From assembly GCA_033549025.1 (NCBI GenBank), contig JAWSUS010000030.1:1-30497 (forward strand): DNA of 30,497 nucleotides, given 5' to 3'. Made by a program: the position numbers and the translations under genes. Shown here in pieces: positions 1 through 8,059 of this stretch. The notes beneath the pieces are model-generated. The model was not told where the DNA came from. It did no database searches and saw nothing but the letters and a program-made list of their open reading frames with translations. This DNA is from Desulfuromonadales bacterium. Its GTDB lineage: Bacteria > Desulfobacterota > Desulfuromonadia > Desulfuromonadales > SZUA-540. How positions within the stretch are numbered: the first letter of the stretch is position 1; every line of letters starts with the position of its first letter.

Positions 1-9
1 TTCGGTCAT
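1..9 (-). CDS. 5' end of a gene running off the left edge (M-T-E...), product unknown
   Basis: Minus-strand ATG at 9-7 preceded by a strong Shine-Dalgarno AAGGAGG (reverse complement of 16-22). Confidence 0.6.
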
Positions 10-155
10 TTTCAACCTCCTTGGACATGGGAATATTATCCCAAATCAGTGTCCAAGAAAACTGGAGCCGCCCCACGTTATGTTAATTGTTTCCGCTTGA
101 ATAATGTGTTCTTAGCCATTTTTTCTGTGAGCCGAATCAATGAAAAGGAAGAATC

Positions 156-701
156 ATGACGCAATCCTTTAAACGAAAAAAATTGAATTTGCAGATCGAG
201 CGGGAGTTTCAACTGTGGCTGCTGGTGCGCATTCTAGGTGTGATTTTGTTGTGTTCGTTCCTGGCAGCAGCCATATTGTTTTTTTACGCCCGTCACGAAA
301 CAGCAGCCACTTTTTACCAGGCCCACATCAAAATCCGTCGTGTGAGTGACCTGCTGATCCCGGTGATCGCCACGGGTTCCCTGGTAAGTCTGATGAGTGG
401 TTTTCTTCTTGCCTTGTTCTTGCCCCAAAAAATAGCGGGACCGATTTATCGTATTGAAAAAGACCTGGAGCCTTTGAAGGATGGTGATCTGACCGTCAGT
501 ATTCGGTTGCGGCAAGGGGATACCTTGCAGGGTTTTTCTCAAAATCTCAATGAGACGGTCGCATCAATTCGCGAGCGTGTAGAAGCGATCAAAGAAGACC
601 ATGCCGTCTTGCAGAGGCTTGCTGCAGACCTTTCTGATCCGCGTTTTTCTGAAATGCTGAAAAAGCAGGATGAGAGACTAAGTCAATTAAAAACTAGATA
701 G
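156..701 (+). CDS. Two-TM membrane protein with HAMP domain and short coiled-coil tail (MCP-like N-terminus, no signalling domain)
   Basis: 181 aa; two hydrophobic segments, then HAMP-like IAGPIYRIEKDL...GDLTVSIRLRQGDTLQGFSQNLN; AAGGA upstream. Confidence 0.75.
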   Translation: MTQSFKRKKLNLQIEREFQLWLLVRILGVILLCSFLAAAILFFYARHETAATFYQAHIKIRRVSDLLIPVIATGSLVSLMSGFLLALFLPQKIAGPIYRIEKDLEPLKDGDLTVSIRLRQGDTLQGFSQNLNETVASIRERVEAIKEDHAVLQRLAADLSDPRFSEMLKKQDERLSQLKTR

Positions 702-869
702 ATTTTAACCTTCTGTCATGTTGTGGGAACTTCGGAGATTCCATAAAGGGTATCCGCCAGAGGGAATGAACGGCAAAACGAGCATGAGTTTTTCTGGTCT
801 GTATACCTGTTGTGATTTGGCTGTGTAACATTCGTATGGGTTTTAGGCTCAAAAAACTTTCATAAATCT

Positions 870-924
870 TGGGGAAAAACCCAGTATGGGGAAAAACCGT
901 AATGCAAATAGGGGATTTACCCTA
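870..924. repeat. Three tandem imperfect palindromes, candidate activator-binding sites
   Basis: TGGGGAAAAACCCA (870-883), TGGGGAAAAACCGT (887-900), AGGGGATTTACCCT (910-923) in AT-rich DNA about 120-170 bp upstream of a -24 element. Confidence 0.6.
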
Positions 925-978
925 GTCGAATTTTAGTGTATAGTTTGAACATGAAAAAAAATTCATTTAAAAAACCTC

Positions 979-991
979 TAACACCTTGATT
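979..991 (-). promoter_or_regulatory. IHF-binding site
   Basis: Minus strand AATCAAGGTGTTA matches WATCAANNNNTTR and lies between the repeats and the sigma54 promoter. Confidence 0.6.
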
Positions 992-1039
992 TTTAGAAAT
1001 AAAAAAATAGAATAAGAAATAGTTAACATTTTGGCGAAT

Positions 1040-1057
1040 TTGGCATTGAACATGCTT
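1040..1057 (+). promoter_or_regulatory. sigma54 (RpoN) -24/-12 promoter
   Basis: TTGGCATTGAACATGCTT: GG (1042-43)-N10-GC (1054-55). Confidence 0.75.
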
Positions 1058-1135
1058 AAGTTTTTGTTGAGTGATTAGATTGGTTTTTTCCAGTATGTAT
1101 CTGTCTTGGTTCAATTCTTTTGACGGAGGATGGCT

Positions 1136-1411
1136 ATGGGCGGTTTTGCTCAAGAAGAACATTCACGGGCCATACACCTGATGGCCGAGGCACGCAAGAT
1201 TTTGTTTCACGAGTTGCACTGTCCTGGCGGGCTGTGTCGTGAACTCATTGAAGGTGTAGACAGGTTGGGCCTCTCCTTTGAGTTTGCGGAGAACCCCGAC
1301 GAACCCATTGTTCTGTGTCCGCAGTGTGAATGCCTTTACTGGGAAGAGACCGCAGAAGGGAAGCGCAGGTGCCTCAGCTGCGACCACGAGTGGAGGGATA
1401 CCTCCGGGTAG
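1136..1411 (+). CDS. Hypothetical 91-aa protein: helical N-domain plus C-terminal Cys4 zinc-ribbon-like domain
   Basis: GGAGG at 1125-1129 fits ATG 1136 better than the track's 1130; CPQC-x14-CLSC..EW pattern; extra H-x2-HC-x4-C. Confidence 0.75.
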   Translation: MGGFAQEEHSRAIHLMAEARKILFHELHCPGGLCRELIEGVDRLGLSFEFAENPDEPIVLCPQCECLYWEETAEGKRRCLSCDHEWRDTSG

Positions 1412-1430
1412 GTTTGGTGGAGAAATGAAT

Positions 1431-1568
1431 ATGCCGCACTCTGATGTTAAAAAAGCCCTTGACCTGCTCAAGGAGGCTTATGACATTCTTAAAAAAACCG
1501 AGAACCAAAACCTGAAAAAATCGGCTGATTATCTCAAGCAGTCCATTGAGTGGATCAAGCAGGTGTGA
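1431..1568 (+). CDS. Hypothetical 45-aa amphipathic helical protein
   Basis: 3' part of the 1278..1568 ORF; GGAG at 1419-1422 before ATG 1431 (alternative 1425); MPHSDVKKALDLLKEAYDILKKTENQNLKKSADYLKQSIEWIKQV. Confidence 0.65.
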   Translation: MPHSDVKKALDLLKEAYDILKKTENQNLKKSADYLKQSIEWIKQV

Positions 1569-1731
1569 GCTGAAAAATCAGGGTGACATATGACTGGTAG
1601 GTTTTAATCGATAAAACGAAAAATTAAGATAGAACAATAAAGATATAGCCCTTCTCCTTTTTTCCGCCTCTTCCTTCTCTCGTCCATATCCAAAACGCTG
1701 AACCTGAAAAATGACTTCGACTTCCATGCTT

Positions 1732-2751
1732 TCAGCAGATGCGGGGCAACTGTTCGCCGGTCAGCATATCGACGGAGCGCAGTCCCCCGATCGTTGTCCG
1801 TAGCGTCACGCGCCCGGAAGGGCTGGGGTGAACCTCGCCAATGACGCAGGCCTGCTGGCCAAGAGGATGCTTCTGCATGGCCTCTAAAACGGCAGCGGTT
1901 TTCTCTTCAGCGACCACGCAAAGTACCTTGCCTTCATTGGCGACGTAAAGAGGATCCAGTCCGAGCAGTCGGCATATGCCGAGAACTTCCCGGCGGCAGG
2001 GCAGGTGTTTTTCATGGAGCGTTATTTCGACCTGCGATTGCAGAGCGATCTCCTTCAGCGTGGTGGCGACACCGCCTCGCGTCGGGTCGCGAAGCACATG
2101 GACAGCCTCTCCTCCGGCGGCAAGAATGTCGGCGACCAGGCCGTGCAGGGGAGCGCAGTCGCTGCAGATATCCGTCTCCATTTCGAGGCCTTCCCGGCGG
2201 GAAAGAATGGCCATGCCGTGATCTCCGATAGGGCCATTGATGAGAACTTTATCGCCAGTTCTGGCTTGGCTGCCGCCCAAGGTCAAGCCGTGCTCGACCA
2301 TGCCGATGCCGGCGGTGTTGATGAAAAGGCGATCCGCCTTGCCTCGGGGCACGACTTTCGTATCACCCGTCACAATGGTTACCTCGGCGACTTCCGCCGC
2401 ACTGCGCATGGACTGCAGGATGCGCTTCAGGTCGGCGAGGGGCAGGCCTTCTTCGAGAATAAGACCGACGCTGATGGCGAGGGGGCGGGCGCCGCTCATG
2501 GCCAAATCGTTCACCGTGCCGTTGATGGCCAGGTCACCGATGTTGCCGCCGGGGAAGAAGAGGGGATCGACCACATAGGAATCGGTGGTAAAGGCCAGCC
2601 GCCCTTCGCCTGGGGGGATAGCCAGAACCGCTGCGTCGTTCTGGTCTTTTAAGGCCGTGCCGGAAAGGGTGGGGATGATGAGGCCGTCAAGGAGTTGATG
2701 GCTGAGTTTGCCGCCGCTGCCATGGCCGAGGAGGATGATGTCGTTCTGCAT
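1732..2751 (-). CDS. hypE: Hydrogenase maturation protein HypE
   Basis: GHGSGG, FTTDSYVV, GTVNDLAM, GDTKVV, RDPTRGG, C-terminal PRIC. Start 2751 has GGAG; alternative start 2799 overlaps the hypD stop. Confidence 0.97.
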   Translation of the reverse strand: MQNDIILLGHGSGGKLSHQLLDGLIIPTLSGTALKDQNDAAVLAIPPGEGRLAFTTDSYVVDPLFFPGGNIGDLAINGTVNDLAMSGARPLAISVGLILEEGLPLADLKRILQSMRSAAEVAEVTIVTGDTKVVPRGKADRLFINTAGIGMVEHGLTLGGSQARTGDKVLINGPIGDHGMAILSRREGLEMETDICSDCAPLHGLVADILAAGGEAVHVLRDPTRGGVATTLKEIALQSQVEITLHEKHLPCRREVLGICRLLGLDPLYVANEGKVLCVVAEEKTAAVLEAMQKHPLGQQACVIGEVHPSPSGRVTLRTTIGGLRSVDMLTGEQLPRIC

Positions 2752-2798
2752 GAAAGGCTCCGAGGTTGATGCTGGTCCTTTGGTCGGTCGATAATCCA

Positions 2799-3887
2799 TC
2801 AGATCCCGAACCGGTAGGCGGCGGCGCAGGTTCCTTCACTGGAGACCATGCAGGCGCCGACCGGATTTTCCGGGGTGCAGGTTCGGGCGAACAGAGGGCA
2901 GTCGCCCGGCCGTATGAGGCCTTTCAGGATGTCGCCACAGCGGCAATCGGGGCTTTCCTGCGACGGGGGGATGGCCACAGGCCAGATTTTTTCGGCGTCA
3001 AAGGAAGCAAACTCTTCTCTGAGACGCAAGCCGCTGCCGGCGATGGTCCCCAGACCCCGCCATTCGGCGTCGCAGGGCTCTAAGACTTTGGCCAGCAAGG
3101 CTTGCGCCAGGCGATTGCCTGCCGGTGTAACGAAGCGCTGGTACTGAATGTCGACCCGTGGCCGCTCTTCGAGAATTTGCGCCAGCGCCATGTCGATGCC
3201 CTGGAGAATGTCGAGGGGTTCGAATCCGGTGATGACACAGGGGATGCGGCGCTCCTCGGCAAGGAACCGATAGGCGTCGGCGCCGATGATGGTGCTGACA
3301 TGGGCGGGGCACAGATAGCCATCGACGGTGAGGTTGGCCTCGGCCGTCAAGGCGGCCATGGCGGCAGGCATGGTCTTGTGCGCGCAGAGGACGGAGAAAT
3401 TGTCCATCCCTTCGTCTTGCGCCTTGACCAGCGTGGCGGCGACGGTCGGTGCGGTGGTCTCGAAGCCGATCCCGAGAAAGACGATGTGCTTCTGTGGATT
3501 TCGGCGTGCCAGGGCCAGAGCGTCAAGAGGCGAATAGACAATCTGGATGTGGGCGCCAAGGGCCTGTTCGCGCAGAAGGCTGCTGGCGGAGCCGGGCACC
3601 CGGACCATGTCGCCGAAGGTGGCGATGAGGATATCCTTTTGTTGTGCCAGGGCGATAGCGCGATCGAGGGTCGATACGGGGGTGACGCAGACGGGGCAGC
3701 CGGGGCCGGAGACGAGGCGCAGGCTTGGGGGGAGAAGGTCGCGGATGCCGTGCTGATAGATGGACATGGTGTGGGTGCCGCAGACCTCCATCAGGGTGAT
3801 GGAGGTCGGGTAGGTGGCCAGGCGTTTTTGCAGCCGGTCCGCAAAGCCGCGGGCGATTTCGGGATTCTGGTAGTCGCCGTCCGGCAT
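2799..3887 (-). CDS. hypD: Hydrogenase maturation protein HypD
   Basis: MEVCGTHT, SGPGCPVCVT, GFETTAP, C-terminal Fe-S cysteines ending GACMVSSEGTC. Confidence 0.97.
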   Translation of the reverse strand: MPDGDYQNPEIARGFADRLQKRLATYPTSITLMEVCGTHTMSIYQHGIRDLLPPSLRLVSGPGCPVCVTPVSTLDRAIALAQQKDILIATFGDMVRVPGSASSLLREQALGAHIQIVYSPLDALALARRNPQKHIVFLGIGFETTAPTVAATLVKAQDEGMDNFSVLCAHKTMPAAMAALTAEANLTVDGYLCPAHVSTIIGADAYRFLAEERRIPCVITGFEPLDILQGIDMALAQILEERPRVDIQYQRFVTPAGNRLAQALLAKVLEPCDAEWRGLGTIAGSGLRLREEFASFDAEKIWPVAIPPSQESPDCRCGDILKGLIRPGDCPLFARTCTPENPVGACMVSSEGTCAAAYRFGI

Positions 3888-4117
3888 CAGGTCGGGCCTC
3901 CACCCTGATCGAGCACGGCCCGAAAAGCCGCCAGGGTCTCTTCGGCCTGGGCCGGGTCGAGGCGCGCGATGGCAAAGCCGGCGTGAATGAGGACGAAATC
4001 GCCGATGGCGACATCTTCGATCATCATCAGGCTGGCATCGCGCTGAACGCCATCCACTTCACAGCGGGCAACATCTCCGTCAATAGCGACAATCCGCATG
4101 GGCACGCCAAGGCACAT
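3887..4117 (-). CDS. hypC: Hydrogenase assembly chaperone HypC/HupF
   Basis: MCLGVP N-terminus, GDFVLIHAGFAI. Confidence 0.96.
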   Translation of the reverse strand: MCLGVPMRIVAIDGDVARCEVDGVQRDASLMMIEDVAIGDFVLIHAGFAIARLDPAQAEETLAAFRAVLDQGGGPT

Positions 4118-4132
4118 GGTATTCCCTCCGGG

Positions 4133-4870
4133 CTAGGTGGCTTTCAGTCTTTTCTGATTGGACTGCTGAGTCAGCCAGGCAAACCACTCATCCAGGCCTT
4201 CACCCGTCAGGCAGGAAAGTTCGATGATGCGCATGTCGGGATTGATCTGGCGGGCGTAGCTCAGGCAGCGCTGCAGATCGAAGGGGAGATAGGGGAGGAG
4301 ATCTGTTTTGTTGATGAGCATCAGGCTGGCGGCCCGGAACATGTGGGGATATTTGAGAGGCTTGTCTTCCCCCTCGGTCACCGACAGCACGACGACCTTG
4401 TGGTCTTCCCCAAGATCGAAGGGGGCCGGGCAGACCAGATTGCCGACGTTCTCGATCATCAGGATGTCCAACTGGTCGAGATGGAAATGGTCCAGCCCGT
4501 GGCCGACCATGTGGGCGTCAAGGTGGCAGCCGGTGCCGGTATTGATCTGATGAACGGGGACTCCCGTGGCGGCAATGCGATCGGCGTCGTTGGAGGTCTG
4601 CTGGTCTCCCTCCAGTACCGCAAAACGCAGCTCGCTTTTAAGTTGCTGCAGGGTGCGCTCCAGCAGGGTTGTTTTGCCCGAACCGGGCGAGCTGACCAGG
4701 TTCAGGGTGAAGATACCCTGTTGCGCCAATCTCTGCCGGTTGCCCTCGGCCAGACGATTGTTTTTGGCCAACAGGTCCTCTTCGATGCGGATGGTGCGCG
4801 ACTCCGACTCATGATGATGCTCATGGCTATGGCTGTGCGGTGAAGACCCGCACCCACAATCGATGCACAT
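4133..4870 (-). CDS. hypB: Hydrogenase nickel-incorporation GTPase HypB
   Basis: Start MCIDCGC at 4870, His-rich linker, SSPGSGKTT, CHLDA, ENVGNLVCP, NKTD. Confidence 0.97.
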   Translation of the reverse strand: MCIDCGCGSSPHSHSHEHHHESESRTIRIEEDLLAKNNRLAEGNRQRLAQQGIFTLNLVSSPGSGKTTLLERTLQQLKSELRFAVLEGDQQTSNDADRIAATGVPVHQINTGTGCHLDAHMVGHGLDHFHLDQLDILMIENVGNLVCPAPFDLGEDHKVVVLSVTEGEDKPLKYPHMFRAASLMLINKTDLLPYLPFDLQRCLSYARQINPDMRIIELSCLTGEGLDEWFAWLTQQSNQKRLKAT

Positions 4871-4872
4871 GA

Positions 4873-5214
4873 TTATTCTATCTCCATTTCCTGAATGCTT
4901 AGTTCGTCGCCGGCCAGGGTTTCGAGGGTGAGGCTGCCGCAGCGTGGACAGCTGACGGTCAGAATGTCCAGGGGGATATCCGCCCGGCATTGCAGACAGC
5001 GTCCTTGGCCCGGGATATGGTCAATGATCAGTCGCGAATGTTCGAGGAGGGTATTTTTACTGCAGGACTCAAAGCAGAATTCAACCGCATCGGGCATGAC
5101 CCCCGAAAGAGCGCCGATGGCTACCCTGACCTGCAGCACCTTTTGCGCCCCCTGCTCTCGGGCATGGGCTTGGGCAATGTCGACGATGCTTTGGGTGATC
5201 CCGAGCTCATGCAT
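4873..5214 (-). CDS. hypA: Hydrogenase nickel metallochaperone HypA
   Basis: MHE N-terminus (ATG 5214, GGGAG upstream), two CxxC motifs (CLQC, CPRC). Confidence 0.96.
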   Translation of the reverse strand: MHELGITQSIVDIAQAHAREQGAQKVLQVRVAIGALSGVMPDAVEFCFESCSKNTLLEHSRLIIDHIPGQGRCLQCRADIPLDILTVSCPRCGSLTLETLAGDELSIQEMEIE

Positions 5215-5256
5215 GGCCACTCCCTGACAGGAAGGATGAAAAACGCTCTGTCATCG

Positions 5257-5285
5257 ACTATAGGGGGTGTCCTGGCGAAAATCAA
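5257..5285 (-). promoter_or_regulatory. sigma70-type promoter of the hyp operon
   Basis: Minus strand TTGATT-N17-TATAGT about 40 nt upstream of hypA. Confidence 0.6.
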
Positions 5286-5356
5286 GAACCGGCCCGGATA
5301 AATGTCATGGCGGTGGATTTTTGGGATGGATAGCGTAGCGTTTTGCATTTTTTCTC

Positions 5357-5385
5357 TTGAAGTGGCGAGGCACTTGTGTTAGTAA
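5357..5385 (+). promoter_or_regulatory. Possible sigma70 promoter for tRNA-Pro/Arg
   Basis: TTGAAG-N17-TAGTAA with TG extension, 12 nt before tRNA-Pro. Confidence 0.4.
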
Positions 5386-5397
5386 TCTGCCTCTTGT

Positions 5398-5474
<77 letters not shown>

Positions 5475-5479
5475 GTTTT

Positions 5480-5556
5480 GCGCCAGTAGCTCAGTTGGAT
5501 AGAGCAACGGCCTTCTAAGCCGTGGGCCGGGGGTTCGAATCCTCCCTGGCGCGCCA
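5480..5556 (+). tRNA. tRNA-Arg (TCT)
   Basis: Anticodon arm ACGGC-CTTCTAA-GCCGT; T-loop; CCA end. Confidence 0.97.
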
Positions 5557-5591
5557 ATTTGAATCTGGCTGGGAATAGCGAAAGTTTCCCG

Positions 5592-5621
5592 TTGACAAGC
5601 TGATCGTCGTTTGGCTAGTAT
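5592..5621 (+). promoter_or_regulatory. sigma70 promoter for tRNA-His
   Basis: TTGACA-N18-TAGTAT about 14 nt before tRNA-His. Confidence 0.6.
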
Positions 5622-5635
5622 GTGCAGGTTTTCTG

Positions 5636-5711
5636 GTGGGTGTAGCTCAGTTGGTAGAGCACTGGATTGTGGCTCCAGTTGTCGAGGGTTCGATCCCCTT
5701 CACTCACCCCA
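5636..5711 (+). tRNA. tRNA-His (GTG)
   Basis: Anticodon arm CTGGA-TTGTGGC-TCCAG; encoded G-1 at 5635; CCA end. Confidence 0.97.
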
Positions 5712-5723
5712 TTTATTATCTCT

Positions 5724-5796
5724 GGCCCGCCTTTAAGCTCAACCTGTCGAGTGCACTACTTCTGGCAGGTAGGCTGGAATAAAGGCCGGGCTTTTT
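5724..5796 (+). terminator. Long imperfect hairpin with U-tract after tRNA-His (terminator-like)
   Basis: GCCCG/CGGGC, CCTTTA/TAAAGG and ACCTGTC/GGCAGGT stems followed by TTTTT. Confidence 0.45.
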
Positions 5797-5937
5797 CATT
5801 TGCTATCCGGGCGGGATGTTTTTATGCGCTCCGTCCTGCGGATCCACCGACCGAAAAGCTTGCTTCAACGCTTGTTCCGTCGCAGTTTTCCCCGGTGTAT
5901 CCCCAAAGAATTGATGGCTCCTCTGTTTACGATTTAT

Positions 5938-6020
5938 GCGAGAGTGGCGGAACTGGCAGACGCACTGGACTTAGGATCCAGCGGGCAACCGTGGGGGTTC
6001 GACTCCCCCCTCTCGCACCA
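5938..6020 (+). tRNA. tRNA-Leu (TAG)
   Basis: Anticodon arm CTGGA-CTTAGGA-TCCAG; long variable arm; CCA end. Confidence 0.97.
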
Positions 6021-6120
6021 TCTTATTTCCCCTTTCGACACGTAATATTCACTGGTTCCTGCGGCACACGGACGAGATCATCCGTGTTCGTCGCCAAATT
6101 TCATTTCGGGCGAGGTAGAC

Positions 6121-7446
6121 ATGAATGCGAAAATAGAAGATATCAGCAGCGTCAAGAAAAAGATCTCTTTTGAGGTTCCCGCGGAAAAAGTTAACGAGGA
6201 AATCGAGAAGGCTTATAAGAAAATCGCCAAATCCGCCAAGATTAAAGGTTTCCGGGCCGGCAAGGTGCCCCAGGCTATTATTGAGAAGACCTACGCTCCC
6301 CAGATGGAGGAGCAGGTTCTCAATCGCCTCATCAATGACTCCTATTTCAAGGCGCTGGTTGAGCATCGCATTCCTGCCATCTCCGATCCTGAAATCGTGG
6401 ACAGCAGCGCCATTGAAAAGGGGCAGCCTTTTACCTATGAAGCCCACGTAGAGGTAAAACCGGAGGTGGAAGTCAAAGATTACACTGGCCTCACCCTTCA
6501 GAAAGAGCGCCTGGAGGCAGGTGATGAGGTAATTGAAGAACGTCTTGAGGAAATGCGCGTCGGCCGGGCCGAAAAAGAGGTGACCAGCCGTAAAAAAGCC
6601 CGCACGGGCGATTTTGTGACCATTGACTTTGAAGGCTTTCTCAACGATGTTCCCTTTGCCGGTGGAAAAGGGGAGGATCACGAACTGGAGCTGGGGTCGG
6701 GAACCTTTATCCCCGGATTTGAAGAGCAGGTCGAGGGGATGAAGCGCGACGAGGAAAAAGAGATTTCCGTCACTTTCCCCGAGGAGTACGGCAACAAGGA
6801 ACTCGCTGGTCAGCCGGTTGTGTTCAAGGTGTCCGTCAAGGAGATCAAAGAAAAAGTGTTGCCTGCTCTGGACGATGAATTCGCCAAGGGTTTTGGGCTG
6901 GAGTCGCTGGACGAGCTCAAGTCCAAGCTGAAAGAGGCCCACGTTTCGCAGGAGACCAATCGCATTGATGGTGACCTTCGCGAGCGCTTGATGACGGCCT
7001 TGATCGAGCGTAACCCCGTTGAAGTCCCCGAGGCCATGGTGCAGTCGCAGCTTCAGTACATGCTGAAAAATATCACCAACCGCCTCCAGTCCCAGGGCAT
7101 GAGCCTTGAAATGATGGGAATGAACGAGTCCTCTTTCAACGCCATGTACCGTGAAACTGCCGTCAAGCAGGTGCAAGGCAGCCTTATCCTCGAAGGCGTC
7201 GCTCGTCAGGAGGATTTGAAGGTTGAAGAGGGTGAGATTGATGGTAAGCTCGAACAAATTGCCGCCATGTCCAACGCTCCCCTTGAGGCCGTCAAAAAGT
7301 ATTATGCCGCCGACGAGGCGCGCCAGGGACTGATGGCCCAGATCGCCGAAGAAAAGGCCGTCGAGTTCCTGCTTGAGAAATCGACAGTTAATGAAGTGGA
7401 CAAAGCCGAACTGGTTGGTCAGGATCAGGAAGCTGGCAAGGAGTAA
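6121..7446 (+). CDS. tig: Trigger factor
   Basis: GFRAGKVP ribosome-binding motif, FKBP domain ([15 protein letters not shown]), position before clpP. Confidence 0.98.
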   Translation: MNAKIEDISSVKKKISFEVPAEKVNEEIEKAYKKIAKSAKIKGFRAGKVPQAIIEKTYAPQMEEQVLNRLINDSYFKALVEHRIPAISDPEIVDSSAIEKGQPFTYEAHVEVKPEVEVKDYTGLTLQKERLEAGDEVIEERLEEMRVGRAEKEVTSRKKARTGDFVTIDFEGFLNDVPFAGGKGEDHELELGSGTFIPGFEEQVEGMKRDEEKEISVTFPEEYGNKELAGQPVVFKVSVKEIKEKVLPALDDEFAKGFGLESLDELKSKLKEAHVSQETNRIDGDLRERLMTALIERNPVEVPEAMVQSQLQYMLKNITNRLQSQGMSLEMMGMNESSFNAMYRETAVKQVQGSLILEGVARQEDLKVEEGEIDGKLEQIAAMSNAPLEAVKKYYAADEARQGLMAQIAEEKAVEFLLEKSTVNEVDKAELVGQDQEAGKE

Positions 7447-7451
7447 ACAGG

Positions 7452-8036
7452 ATGAGCCTTATCCCCATGGTAGTTGAGCAGACGGGTCGGGGCGAACGCG
7501 CCTACGATATCTATTCCCGTCTGCTGAAGGATCGTATTATTTTTCTGGGTGGTCAGATCGAAGACCACATGGCTAATCTGATTATCGCCCAGCTGCTCTT
7601 CCTTGAATCCGAGGATCCGGAGAAAGAGATTTTTCTCTATATCAACTCTCCGGGTGGGGTGGTGACTGCTGGCATGGCCATCTATGATACCATGCAGTAT
7701 CTCAAGGCGCCTGTTTCCACCATCTGTGTCGGTCAGGCAGCCAGTATGGGCGCGGTGCTTCTTGCCGCCGGGGAAAAGGGGAAGCGTTATGCTCTTCCCC
7801 ACGCCCGTATCATGATTCATCAGCCTTTGGGCGGATTCCAGGGGCAAGCTACGGACATCCACATTCACGCCCAGGAAATTCTGCGCATGAAAGACACTCT
7901 CAATGAACTGCTGGTCCGGCACGCGGGACAGAAAATCGAGCGGGTAACCGCCGACACGGAGAGGGATTTCTTCATGGGTAGCGAAGCCGCTAAAGAGTAT
8001 GGTATTATCGACGACATCGTTAAACGCAAAACCTGA
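7452..8036 (+). CDS. clpP: Clp protease proteolytic subunit
   Basis: [29 protein letters not shown]. Confidence 0.99.
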   Translation: MSLIPMVVEQTGRGERAYDIYSRLLKDRIIFLGGQIEDHMANLIIAQLLFLESEDPEKEIFLYINSPGGVVTAGMAIYDTMQYLKAPVSTICVGQAASMGAVLLAAGEKGKRYALPHARIMIHQPLGGFQGQATDIHIHAQEILRMKDTLNELLVRHAGQKIERVTADTERDFFMGSEAAKEYGIIDDIVKRKT

Positions 8037-8059
8037 CTTTTTAGCGTGGAGGATTATTA

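Noticed and set aside
870..924. Short repeats as a CRISPR array
   Set aside because: Units are 14 bp with 3-9 bp gaps, no spacers and no cas genes.
917..1162. 81-aa minus-strand ORF
   Set aside because: Low-complexity product from AT-rich DNA better explained as the sigma54 regulatory region.
1409..1444. TAG read-through fusing the two small ORFs
   Set aside because: Read-through hits TGA after 10 codons and the second ORF is in another frame.
6049..7257. 402-aa ORF antisense to tig
   Set aside because: Shadow ORF from codon bias; no recognisable motifs.
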